From Waterburya sp. (GTDB lineage: Bacteria; Cyanobacteriota; Cyanobacteriia; Cyanobacteriales; Xenococcaceae), in NCBI GenBank assembly GCA_965217895.1, contig CBDCJV010000002.1, forward strand, positions 3,456,001-3,520,000: DNA of 64,000 nt, written 5' to 3'. Position numbers and translations under genes: made by a program. The notes beneath the pieces were generated by a model that had not been told where the DNA came from, ran no database searches, and saw nothing but the letters and a program-made list of their open reading frames with translations. Below, one piece after another: positions 9,662 through 18,731 of this stretch; position 1 is the first letter of the stretch, and each line of letters begins with the position of its first letter.

Positions 9662-11560
9662 TTAATTACACTGCCGTTGGGCTATTTTAGCTGCCTCATA
9701 GCTAGGTTGAAGTTTTATAGCTTGGTCAAAAGCAGCAACTCCAGCAGCCTCTTGCTCGGAAGCGCACAAGGTTTTACCCAGATAAAACCAAGCTTGAGCT
9801 TTATTGCTATCTTCTAATTGGCTATTGTTTAGAATAGCTCTAAATTCATTTTGAGCTTGTTGAAACTGTTGTGCTTGATTGAGGGAAATTCCTTTGCCTA
9901 GACGAGCAGGAAAATAATCTGAGGAATATTGTAGAGCGCGATTGTAGCTCTCGAAAGCTTTCTGATACTGTTTTTTTTGTCGATAGCCATTACCCAAAAA
10001 AGTTAACGCTACAGCAAATTCGCTACTTACAGCTTCTTTGCCTTCAACTGATTCTTTTTCTTCTAAAACTTGAATTGCCTTTTTGGTCACCGCCAGGGAT
10101 TCTGCTTGTTTTCCCATGGCTTTGAGAGATTCGCTTTTGTTGATTAGCAAGATAGGATCGCTAGGTGATAAAGCGATCGCCTTATTAAAAGCTACTATTG
10201 CTTCTTGCGGTCTTTTAAGATTATGTAGTGCTTCTCCTAAGCAATTCCAAGCATATACAGCCGTCGGCTTGATTATAGTTGCAGTAGAACAAGATTTCTG
10301 CATTTCTTCGTATTGCTGCATCCCTGCCAAAGCATAACCTCGATTAGTCCAAGCTTGAAAATAATTACTGTCAGTCTTGAGCAGTTCATTGTACTTTTCT
10401 AACGCTTGTTCAAAGGATTTTTGCTGTAGTAAAGCATTGCCTTGATCGAACGCCGATCTAACCGTCATACGCCTAAACATATTGTTTAAAAACACAGACA
10501 ATAGAGCAATAAAAGCTAATAAAAGCAACATATTTCTAGTTTTGGCTAATCTATTTTGCTTTTGAGCAGGTTCAGGTGACGCCACTACTAAGACTTCAGG
10601 AACAATGGTAAATGCAGATGTGTCTTGCTTGTCTAAGCTGTTTAATTTTTTTTCTATCCAAACCAGACTAAACAAAGATTGATAAATTGGGTTGGCTACG
10701 GCTAGTTTGTCTTGCTGCTTAATTACTAAACCAGTTTTTAATAGCTCTTGCTGTTCCTTACTTTCATCAGTAAATACTTTGTCTTTTAATACTTGTTGAT
10801 AAAGTCGCAGCAGACTTTTTGGCTCACACTGTTGATTATGAAGTAAGCGTTTTCTGATAGTTTCAAAATGATTAATGAGATTTTTATCTTGCAAATTATT
10901 TAATACTTTATCTTTAATTAAATAATCAATCTGCTCTTTTTCTTTGCCCTTAATAATATTTTCTTGAGATATAAATTCAAATAACCTTTGAGTTAGAGGA
11001 GAATGTCCTCCAGTCCATAAAAGTACCGCGTCTAAAGCTTTTTCTGAATAAACATCTTGATTTTCTAAATTGAGCAATCTCAGCTTAATTTTTAGAAATT
11101 CTTGGTGAACTTTTTGCGAAGAATCTAAAGAGTTAGCAAAGACTGACTGCTTAGTTGGTAAGCTAGATTTAGACTGAGAAGTAAGGTATTTTACAAAAAA
11201 ATTGACCGTTGCGGGTTTTAGCCAGCCTTTAGCGATCGCCATCTCGCCAAACTTTAGTTTAGTTTGCTGTTGCTCCTTTAAGATTTCTTGAATTTGCTGT
11301 TCGTTTAACAGCGCAGCTTGCTTTAAATATTGACCTATAGGTTGCTTTGCTTTATCTTTAGTCACAGTTGACCAGCGTTCTGCAAAAAAATCTGCCGTTT
11401 TTGGGTCAATACGTCCCTGAGAAGCCAAAATTTCGCCGATTCTTAAGTTGTTGCCAGTTTGCTTTTGTTGAATGAGAGCTGTTTTGACTTGATCATCAGA
11501 TACTAGACCAGCCTGCTGTAAAACTGCACCTAAGAGTACTTTATCTTTTGAGTGGGACAC
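9662..11560 (-). CDS. Membrane-anchored TPR protein with N-terminal repeats of the LGAVLQQAGLVS type
   Basis: Repeated G.IL...G.I motifs, WTGGHSPLTQRL segment, one TM helix, C-terminal TPRs. Confidence 0.75.
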   Translation of the reverse strand: MSHSKDKVLLGAVLQQAGLVSDDQVKTALIQQKQTGNNLRIGEILASQGRIDPKTADFFAERWSTVTKDKAKQPIGQYLKQAALLNEQQIQEILKEQQQTKLKFGEMAIAKGWLKPATVNFFVKYLTSQSKSSLPTKQSVFANSLDSSQKVHQEFLKIKLRLLNLENQDVYSEKALDAVLLWTGGHSPLTQRLFEFISQENIIKGKEKEQIDYLIKDKVLNNLQDKNLINHFETIRKRLLHNQQCEPKSLLRLYQQVLKDKVFTDESKEQQELLKTGLVIKQQDKLAVANPIYQSLFSLVWIEKKLNSLDKQDTSAFTIVPEVLVVASPEPAQKQNRLAKTRNMLLLLAFIALLSVFLNNMFRRMTVRSAFDQGNALLQQKSFEQALEKYNELLKTDSNYFQAWTNRGYALAGMQQYEEMQKSCSTATIIKPTAVYAWNCLGEALHNLKRPQEAIVAFNKAIALSPSDPILLINKSESLKAMGKQAESLAVTKKAIQVLEEKESVEGKEAVSSEFAVALTFLGNGYRQKKQYQKAFESYNRALQYSSDYFPARLGKGISLNQAQQFQQAQNEFRAILNNSQLEDSNKAQAWFYLGKTLCASEQEAAGVAAFDQAIKLQPSYEAAKIAQRQCN

Positions 11561-12076
11561 AATATTTTACATGAATATTAAAGATAATATTATATATACT
11601 TAATGATTTTTAGATACTATCCGATTAATCTTTTTTCTAACAGGAAATTACAATATTGATAATTAATTAACTTTAATAGTAAATTGACTATCAGAATTAG
11701 CACTGGCAGTTACTATTTCTCATAAAATACATTCAAATTATTACTTTTTCTGCCAAGATTTTTCCATATAACTTAAAGTTATATATTTGTAATTTCAAAG
11801 AAATATACAGTTAATAACTAATAACAGTTTCTTGTTTTACTACAAAATGTTCTTACTAGCAACTTAATGTAAAGCTATGTTACCAAGATGTCCTTTCTAT
11901 TGAAGATAAATTACCATGACTCAGATGTGTCTTAAATTTTGATAGCGGTGAGCATTATAAAATAACAAGTTTTCTCTTTTAAGCTCATTTTTTATGCTTG
12001 ATATTTCTATTTAATATGCTACTATATATTTTGTGGCAATTTAAGAAGTGTCTTCTGAATTCTCGAAACATTTTGT

Positions 12077-12150
12077 GGGACTGTAGTTCAGCTGGTTAGA
12101 ATGCCTGCCTGTCACGCAGGAGGTCGCGGGTTCGAGTCCCGTCAGTCCCG
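12077..12150 (+). tRNA. trnD: tRNA-Asp(GTC)
   Basis: GGGACTG/CAGTCCC acceptor stem, CCTGC-CTGTCAC-GCAGG anticodon arm, GGTTCGAGTCC T-arm, 74 nt. Confidence 0.97.
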
Positions 12151-12214
12151 TTCGTGCTAAATGCACTCACCTTATAGACTTCCCACCTTAACCTCCTGCG
12201 TAACAAGCAGGCAT

Positions 12215-12232
12215 TTACTCAAAACTTACTCA
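12215..12232 (+). repeat. Paired TTACTCA direct repeats, putative integrase arm-type sites (left end)
   Basis: TTACTCA at 12215 and 12226 (11-bp period); same pair at 27162/27173. Confidence 0.6.
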
Positions 12233-12312
12233 AAAATGAATATAGCAGTAGGACGAGGACGAGTGCAACGAGTACTTATGTACCCCAATTTATCGAGCGG
12301 TTAGATAAGCAC

Positions 12313-12352
12313 AAAAAAATGACGGGTTGCAAAATATCACAACTCCGTCATT
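12313..12352 (-). terminator. Putative intrinsic terminator for the leftward element operon
   Basis: AATGACGG-GTTG...CAAC-T-CCGTCATT hairpin followed by a T-run on the minus strand. Confidence 0.55.
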
Positions 12353-12475
12353 ATGTCAAATCTAGTATCTGAAATTTATCCTAACCTCTACTCGCACGAG
12401 AATGAGATTTAAGCTTAATGCACATCCTGTTAGGGAAGTAGTGGATTATTTCTATTTTCCCTTACCTCTATTAGT

Positions 12476-12739
12476 CTATTTTCGATCGTTTTCTAGCTTA
12501 TCTAGAATCTTATCCACCATCTTTTCTAGATAAATCAACCTTTCTTTTGACTCTTTAAAATCAAGATTATTTGATTTGTTTTCTAAGTGCTTTTTCTCCT
12601 GGTAGTCAAACCATTCTTCTATTATCAAATCTAGTGCCCTTGCATTACCTATTTTTTTGTCTATAGAAACGCCGTTTATTATTGCTCGAGCTTCTTCTGA
12701 CATCATAAATGTTCTAGGCTCAAAATTTTTCATACCCAT
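12476..12739 (-). CDS. Small ribbon-helix-helix-like DNA-binding protein with coiled coil
   Basis: RTFMMSEEARAII...ARALDLIIEEW; GGAGG RBS upstream; paralogous to 12887..13195. Confidence 0.55.
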   Translation of the reverse strand: MGMKNFEPRTFMMSEEARAIINGVSIDKKIGNARALDLIIEEWFDYQEKKHLENKSNNLDFKESKERLIYLEKMVDKILDKLENDRK

Positions 12740-12886
12740 AAAATTCCTCCAATACGTACAATTTATTTAACTTACTTAAAATCACTCAATCTGCTCTGAT
12801 TTTTTGCTATAAGCGTTGGTTTGACGGTATCTCAAAGCCAAAAAAGTTAGTTAGTTGAGTTAGAACCAAACAATGTACAATAGAGG

Positions 12887-13195
12887 CTATATAGCCTCTT
12901 CCTCCTTAGTCTCCCAGACATTAGTGTTGATTTCTGACCTTAGATCTGAGATCTCGTCATAAAGCTCAAAAGAGCGCCTCCAAAGAGATGATACTTTTTT
13001 GAGCAATTCCTCGTCATTGAAAGTGCGGTTTTGCTCGGCGTATTTTTGTCTCTGTTCAAACTCCCTCCACTCACGTACGATTACATCTAAAGCTCTACTA
13101 TCGTTGTCCTTTTCTTCAATGGACTTTATTTTTATTGCTTCTATTGTTTCGATATCCAGCGAAAACCCTTTGTGTAGCCTATTTCTTTTTCTCAT
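12887..13195 (-). CDS. Small ribbon-helix-helix-like DNA-binding protein
   Basis: KGFSLDIETIEAIK...SRALDVIVREW; AAGGAGG RBS upstream. Confidence 0.55.
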   Translation of the reverse strand: MRKRNRLHKGFSLDIETIEAIKIKSIEEKDNDSRALDVIVREWREFEQRQKYAEQNRTFNDEELLKKVSSLWRRSFELYDEISDLRSEINTNVWETKEEEAI

Positions 13196-13225
13196 GAGCC
13201 TCCTTTAGTGTTTGTATATTTCTAG

Positions 13226-13255
13226 AGCGTTGTACACTTCGTTGTACGTTTTTTA
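13226..13255. repeat. 30-bp element-internal repeat, copy 1 (AGCGTTGTACACTTCGTTGTACGTTTTTTA)
   Basis: Identical to 24808..24837; 24/30 match to 17190..17219. Confidence 0.9.
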
Positions 13256-13516
13256 CTTACGCCTACGCTTCTTACGCTTTTCCTTCTTAGTGAGTAATTT
13301 TTGAGTATCACCACCAGAATTTAAAAGACGTAGGTACGTTAACAGGTCTTCAAGCTGTTCATCGCTTAAAAGCAACCTAGAACGCTTCTCATAGCGTTTC
13401 TTGATGACAGATATGCAGGCTGTAGTAGACCAGCCTAAAATAGCTACTTCGTCATCTATCGCGTGCTTAAGTTCCCAAAAACTAACTCCGTCTAGTTTTT
13501 CTTTTTGTCTCTCCAC
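13253..13516 (-). CDS. Hypothetical phage protein with basic C-terminus
   Basis: 87-aa ORF in coupled leftward operon; LGWS...Y.KRSR..LSDEQL pattern. Confidence 0.6.
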   Translation of the reverse strand: MERQKEKLDGVSFWELKHAIDDEVAILGWSTTACISVIKKRYEKRSRLLLSDEQLEDLLTYLRLLNSGGDTQKLLTKKEKRKKRRRK

Positions 13517-13814
13517 TTTGTATAGAGTTGATTACGCTGTGTAAATGATGCAGTTGGCATTCCCAATCTACTACTAGTTTGTGATTTATTCTTTTGTCTC
13601 CTTTGAACAAAAAATAACTATCTATTTTTTTAGCCAGCCTTACAAAATCAGTAAACTCACACATAGCACAGTACATTATGTTTTGTACTTCTAGATTTCG
13701 CCTAATTCCAGCTTCGTCTCCATCTATATATGATTCAATGAAATAGTTGGTATTGTCTATCGCTTGATTCAATGCCAGGACGACAATTTCTAGTTCCTTG
13801 TCCGTAATTCCCAT
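13482..13814 (-). CDS. Hypothetical phage protein
   Basis: 110-aa ORF with AAGGAG RBS, in operon. Confidence 0.55.
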   Translation of the reverse strand: MGITDKELEIVVLALNQAIDNTNYFIESYIDGDEAGIRRNLEVQNIMYCAMCEFTDFVRLAKKIDSYFLFKGDKRINHKLVVDWECQLHHLHSVINSIQSGETKRKTRRS

Positions 13815-13821
13815 AATCTCC

Positions 13822-15015
13822 TTATCCTTTAGTCCATTTACCTTTTTGCAATCTCAATCCCAAATCAAGCAAACACTCTTTAGTGTCTCTTGGCTTAGGA
13901 GCTTCAAACAACCAACCTTGCTGTACCCACATATCTACTTGACCGCGTATTTGAGCTGTATAGAGTATCAGTTCCATGTTGGCGTTCAAGGCATTCTTGG
14001 TTTCAGTAGCTACAAAATCTCTAAGCAGACTACTTAACCCCGCGCTCTTTTCGGTTTCCCTTTTAAACCAAAACCAATAATCTCTCATCCTGTTAACTGC
14101 TTCCGTGTCGTCTGACCAGATACCAGTGGCAATCCCACAAGCCATCATGTCAAGGCTAATAGTTCTTTGTTGAGAACCTAGTCCTTTTACTGACTTGCTT
14201 AAAATACGCCTAGCAGTAACAAAAGTACTAGCTACGTCGATGTCCCAAAACTCATCATATAGCTTAGAGAACCCTTTCCAGCTATAAGCAGATATATCCA
14301 GTAACGCACTTTGCCAGTTATCATCGGTTATCCCTAACTCGATCTTACGATTGTCTGAAAGTTCCTCTACGCGACTACAAGGGATTACTATCAGTCGCCT
14401 CCTTAGTTCTTTAAAGCGATCGTCTAGATGCAGAGGTGAGATGCTAGAAAACACTTTAGGACAAAAGCACCTAAACTCTATATTGACTCCTGTTTCTTTA
14501 GACGAGACAACAATCTTATCTGTACTTTTGTCATACCCAAACTTAAACATATTGTACAGCTCTGGACTAGTGGTAAAGGTGTTAGCACTAACGTCATCCC
14601 AGACCATGCAGGTATTTCTTTCGACTGTCTTGTAAGGAGATTGATTTTCTCCTTCTGCTACTGGCACTTCCGCCCAGGCAGTCCTTCTTTCTTCTAAGCT
14701 GTTTCTTATGCCAGCAAAAGTATCACTACTAGAGTTAATAGGAACACCGTGTAGACAACTAGCCAGTTTAGCAAGCGTTGATTTGCCACTTCCCGATTGT
14801 CCGTTGAGGAACAAATAAGGAACAATCTTACACAAAGCAGAAGGGAGCATAAAGTAAGTAGCGATAATATCGTAAAAGTCATGAGGCAGAAATATTGTTT
14901 GCTTGAGGATGTTTAGCAAGTTTCCAGGAAGAGTCAAATTGTCACTATAAATTTCCCTCCAGGTGTCGCTTATGCCGTCCTCAGACACAAACAAGGTTGA
15001 GTAATCGTAAGCCAT
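13822..15015 (-). CDS. P-loop NTPase, probable replicative helicase-like protein
   Basis: Walker A GQSGSGKST, Walker B MVWDD, downstream ELRRRLIVI arginine-finger-like motif. Confidence 0.75.
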   Translation of the reverse strand: MAYDYSTLFVSEDGISDTWREIYSDNLTLPGNLLNILKQTIFLPHDFYDIIATYFMLPSALCKIVPYLFLNGQSGSGKSTLAKLASCLHGVPINSSSDTFAGIRNSLEERRTAWAEVPVAEGENQSPYKTVERNTCMVWDDVSANTFTTSPELYNMFKFGYDKSTDKIVVSSKETGVNIEFRCFCPKVFSSISPLHLDDRFKELRRRLIVIPCSRVEELSDNRKIELGITDDNWQSALLDISAYSWKGFSKLYDEFWDIDVASTFVTARRILSKSVKGLGSQQRTISLDMMACGIATGIWSDDTEAVNRMRDYWFWFKRETEKSAGLSSLLRDFVATETKNALNANMELILYTAQIRGQVDMWVQQGWLFEAPKPRDTKECLLDLGLRLQKGKWTKG

Positions 15016-15017
15016 AG

Positions 15018-15737
15018 TTATCTGATAATTGCCATTAACATCTCAAAGTAGATATCGGAAAAGCCTTCGCAGTCTTCGTTCTCTGTGTGAACTCGTCTTG
15101 TCAGAGTAGCCAAGGAATCTTCCTCGGTATAGCTAGTGTCTTTGATATCCGCAGTCATCTGCTTTTTAAGAAAAGCTAGTTTCTCTTCTATCGAAGCTCC
15201 TTTGCTATCCCCACCATTCTTCTTAAAACCACCGTTCGACGGTGGAGTATATTGCGGTAACTTACCGCTAAGATCGATGACCTCAGTTTTGGCGTTGGTT
15301 GCTACCAGTGCCTCCAGGCTAGCCCTGTCCATCGATGCACATATCCCGTTAGGAATAAAAGCAAGTTCTCCTTTGATACCACCAGAAGGAGGGATAAAAA
15401 AGGCTTCGTTTGTTTTGATATATTCGTACAAAGCCTTTTCAAAAACCGACGGTTGATACTTGATACCCTGCCAATTGCCGTTAGCATCTTTTTCTCTTAT
15501 TTCGTATTCTTGTCCGTAGATAGGTATGGCGCATAATCCAGGCACGAGTACTTCACTTGCTTTGAAGCTTCTGACGATGCCAGAATAACTAGTGACAAAA
15601 GCAGCGATAATGTAAGCATCATTCGTAGGGTATACTTTAGCTTCATCAAAGGTAACTTTGAAATATGTTTCTGCTTTGTCTCCTTTGAGTTTGCCATAGA
15701 GGTCGTCTTTGTAGGGGTCTAAATACTTTACTGTCAT
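15018..15737 (-). CDS. Hypothetical protein in replication module (possible ssDNA-binding/accessory)
   Basis: 239-aa ORF ending 2 bp before the NTPase start; function inferred from position only. Confidence 0.55.
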   Translation of the reverse strand: MTVKYLDPYKDDLYGKLKGDKAETYFKVTFDEAKVYPTNDAYIIAAFVTSYSGIVRSFKASEVLVPGLCAIPIYGQEYEIREKDANGNWQGIKYQPSVFEKALYEYIKTNEAFFIPPSGGIKGELAFIPNGICASMDRASLEALVATNAKTEVIDLSGKLPQYTPPSNGGFKKNGGDSKGASIEEKLAFLKKQMTADIKDTSYTEEDSLATLTRRVHTENEDCEGFSDIYFEMLMAIIR

Positions 15738-15770
15738 TACTGTTCTCGATATATGTTTGCGTTGAAATAA

Positions 15771-15992
15771 TTAGTAGATTGCCTCAGAGAGAATAGGGTA
15801 GAAAGAAGACAACTTCTTGAAATAATCTTCTTCCCCTATTTCGTGCAGCCTTTTATTTGTCACATACAACAGCTCGGCTACAAGCTGTTCTGGATTTTTG
15901 TTCTGTTCTAGTGCTAGTGTTTCAACCGCGTTTATAGCCAAGCCGATTAAAGTAACGAGTCGAACATCGTAAGGTGATTCTATTGGTGTCAT
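15771..15992 (-). CDS. Hypothetical phage protein
   Basis: 73 aa, start overlaps stop of upstream nuclease gene. Confidence 0.55.
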   Translation of the reverse strand: MTPIESPYDVRLVTLIGLAINAVETLALEQNKNPEQLVAELLYVTNKRLHEIGEEDYFKKLSSFYPILSEAIY

Positions 15993-16513
15993 CGTAATAT
16001 TTTTAATTTTCCTAACTCTTTTAAGGTCAGCAGATTTTTTTTGAAGTCGGACTCAAGCAGTGTTTTAACCATCTTGTTTTCAACTGGTAGCTTTTCAGGA
16101 AAGACAATTCTAAGCCTGCGGAAAATATTAAACCGAAGTTCTTCTAAGATTCCTAAGATAAGAGCAAATTCTGTTAAGAATGCACCTTTTGCCTCTACAA
16201 AAAGCAAAGGTTTGTTAGGTTGAGAATTATCAGAAATGGCAAAATCGACTTTCCATGTTTTCCCTCTTGGATAACAATAACTAGGCTTTAGTATTGATAC
16301 TGGTAACTGTCTAATTATCCTGTTTTCGCCGTACATTCTGCATAACTCTAGATATGTTTTAAACTCATGCTGGGAATCAAACCTCCAGATATGCTCAGGG
16401 AGTTTTAGCTTGCCTTTTACTCGATATATTTCTAAATTCCTAGAGTCAAGGACAGAACAGAGTTCTGTATTCCAAAAAACAGGCACGGCTTTATATTTTG
16501 GTCTCGCTGGCAT
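15989..16513 (-). CDS. PD-(D/E)xK nuclease, DUF1064-like
   Basis: FDSQHE...Y, WKVDF and FVEAKG motifs. Confidence 0.7.
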   Translation of the reverse strand: MPARPKYKAVPVFWNTELCSVLDSRNLEIYRVKGKLKLPEHIWRFDSQHEFKTYLELCRMYGENRIIRQLPVSILKPSYCYPRGKTWKVDFAISDNSQPNKPLLFVEAKGAFLTEFALILGILEELRFNIFRRLRIVFPEKLPVENKMVKTLLESDFKKNLLTLKELGKLKILR

Positions 16514-16824
16514 TAAGCAGATTCCTCGTAAGAGCGCCTCTTGTTGTCTAGAACCCCGTAGTAATTATCCCAAGCTTCGTCAACAAGATCTAGCACCCCT
16601 TCTTTGCCTAAAACAAAAAGTGTTTTGCAGATTCCTTTTCCTATGTAATTGATTACATATTGACGGTCGTAAATAACTTTAAACATGGTCGGTACTGGAT
16701 CGCCAATACGTCGAATACTTTTATTACACTCGTATCCAGCCTCGCTAACCATAGCGGGGTGCAAAGCTTTGATAAACTTATTACCCGTCATTTCTCGCCA
16801 GGTAATAGTCTCTATTTCAGGCAT
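16513..16824 (-). CDS. Hypothetical phage protein, first gene of leftward replication operon
   Basis: 103 aa; TAATG stop/start coupling with the nuclease gene. Confidence 0.6.
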   Translation of the reverse strand: MPEIETITWREMTGNKFIKALHPAMVSEAGYECNKSIRRIGDPVPTMFKVIYDRQYVINYIGKGICKTLFVLGKEGVLDLVDEAWDNYYGVLDNKRRSYEESA

Positions 16825-17189
16825 AGTTTTCTTATTGAATTGTTAGCTAAAGCTTTAAAGGCAATCTCTCAGAGCTTTGAATCAAAGGTAAGTAGATTTG
16901 ACTTTTTAAACTTAATCTACTATCGTTTTTTTTTTGACTCGCATCAGGAAAAATACGGAAATTTTAGCTAAAAATTGGCTTATTTTTTAAATAATTAAAA
17001 ATATTGTTTTTATTGTAAATAATAATTACATAACTATTGACGTTAGTGTTTTTAAAAGCAATTATATTAATAACCCTATTCCGCTTCGCTCCAAGGGAAA
17101 TATACTAGGGGTGGGTGGGCGTAGCCACAGGGAAATAATCACTTATATAAAAACTTTACTTGTTCTCTCTTCTAAGAACATCTTCTAAA

Positions 17190-17219
17190 AGCGTTCAACA
17201 CATCGTTCAACGTTTTTCA
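17190..17219. repeat. Variant copy of 30-bp element repeat
   Basis: AGCGTTCAACACATCGTTCAACGTTTTTCA; GT to CA change in both half-sites. Confidence 0.8.
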
Positions 17220-17228
17220 GATATACAT

Positions 17229-17651
17229 CTACTCACTAGTTACCTGCTTAATAATTTTCTTAGTAGCTGATATTTCTGTTTTTATCTCTTCTGTATTTTC
17301 TACCTCTGGCAATTCCTGAATCTCTTCTATCGCTCCCTGTAATCTTCCGTACCCTTCCTGTCCTTTTAAAGACTCCTCGTAAACCTTTCTTAGCTTCTCG
17401 TAAGCCTCGTCTTTTTGCCTAATAATCTCGGCCTGACTATCTAGCTTAGCTGCTACTTCTGTAAGTTTGTTCGCACTGCTGCCAATGATTAGTTGAGTAT
17501 TCGCTACCTTTAAGCCGACTTCAGGCGCACGAGCAACTCGTATCCCCAAACAGACAATAAACACAAAAACACCCCCAGAAAGCAAATTCAAGCTTAATGG
17601 AGGCAGTCGAGTAAAACCTTTAGTAATCATTGTTTTATAAATAAATTGCAT
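17229..17651 (-). CDS. Single-TM coiled-coil protein, possible lysis accessory (spanin/holin-like)
   Basis: N-terminal hydrophobic helix, coiled-coil C-terminus, overlaps lysozyme 3' end. Confidence 0.5.
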   Translation of the reverse strand: MQFIYKTMITKGFTRLPPLSLNLLSGGVFVFIVCLGIRVARAPEVGLKVANTQLIIGSSANKLTEVAAKLDSQAEIIRQKDEAYEKLRKVYEESLKGQEGYGRLQGAIEEIQELPEVENTEEIKTEISATKKIIKQVTSE

Positions 17652-18253
17652 TCGTCTTTTCTGCGGTTAACCAAACCAGGCAAAAGTTTTCCTCCTGCTC
17701 TAGTCCAACGACTAAACTCATTAAACGCTCTTTGATAGTCTTTTTGATTAAGTAGTTTAAGCAAAGTAGATTCACTAAACGCATCAATACCTACGTTAAA
17801 GGTAAAGCTAACTAAGGCATCAAACTGATTCTGATTTAAAGGCACGTCTACAAGCCTGAGTACAGCTTGTTCGTAAATTCTCAAGTCCTCTATAAGAAGG
17901 TTTTCAGCTTCAAGGTGACTAATCATCTGTCCTTGCTTTACTCCCTTAGTGTGTCCATAACCAATAGTCCAGACACCAGCGGGACAAAGATAAGCATTGG
18001 TTCTTAAGCCTTCCCACTTCTTGATCAGGCTTACGCCAATCTGCGAAGTCTTATTAGGTTTAATCGTTTTTTCATCAGGCTGTGTCATCCAGCCAACATA
18101 AGGCAAAGCTCCTTTAGGTCTAGGGGGGAGGTTTAAAACTTTTCTTGCTTCGGTATCGATTAGGTAATCAACACTCAGGCATTCGTCATCAGATGTTCTA
18201 CTTGTTATCGCTGCCATCGCCCGTTCCCGCATCTCCTTGATCGACAGGTTCAT
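17627..18253 (-). CDS. Phage lysozyme/endolysin (GH24)
   Basis: GVSLIKKWEGLRTNAYLCPAGVWTIGYGHT, LNQNQFDALVSFTFNVG, LPGLVNRRKDE. Confidence 0.95.
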   Translation of the reverse strand: MNLSIKEMRERAMAAITSRTSDDECLSVDYLIDTEARKVLNLPPRPKGALPYVGWMTQPDEKTIKPNKTSQIGVSLIKKWEGLRTNAYLCPAGVWTIGYGHTKGVKQGQMISHLEAENLLIEDLRIYEQAVLRLVDVPLNQNQFDALVSFTFNVGIDAFSESTLLKLLNQKDYQRAFNEFSRWTRAGGKLLPGLVNRRKDECNLFIKQ

Positions 18254-18731
18254 TTATTATTACTCCTGATACTGTTATTGTTTTTTCTAGATAGATAGGT
18301 ACACAGTAAAGTGTTAACGAATTCAAGTTAGCTAATGGAGAAATTAGTACCGTATCCCCTGGAGTTAAAGTAATAAAGTTTTGGTCGATAAATTCTTTAG
18401 TAGGCAGTAGAGAGCGACAAAATACTCTCTTTTCTAGCCTCACAATTGAAAAATAACAACTTGCATAACCTGCGTTATTGGCGTCTATATCAGAAACACT
18501 AATAAAGTCATCATCAGATTCAACGTCGCTACCTGCTGCTACTACCAAGTACTCCTTGCCCAAAATATCTTTTAAGTCAAACTGGTGTTGTTTGTTTGCT
18601 TTCAAGTCATAAAACACTATCGGCGTATAGCTTTCCAACTCCTTAGCTCTGTAAACCAACCCATCTTCTTTAAATACAGCAATCGAGTCAGTGCCATTGA
18701 GAATAATATCTTTTTTAATCGAACTTTCCAT
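18198..18731 (-). CDS. Hypothetical, candidate virion protein
   Basis: 177 aa beta-rich; coupled to 18731..19465. Confidence 0.55.
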   Translation of the reverse strand: MESSIKKDIILNGTDSIAVFKEDGLVYRAKELESYTPIVFYDLKANKQHQFDLKDILGKEYLVVAAGSDVESDDDFISVSDIDANNAGYASCYFSIVRLEKRVFCRSLLPTKEFIDQNFITLTPGDTVLISPLANLNSLTLYCVPIYLEKTITVSGVIINEPVDQGDAGTGDGSDNK

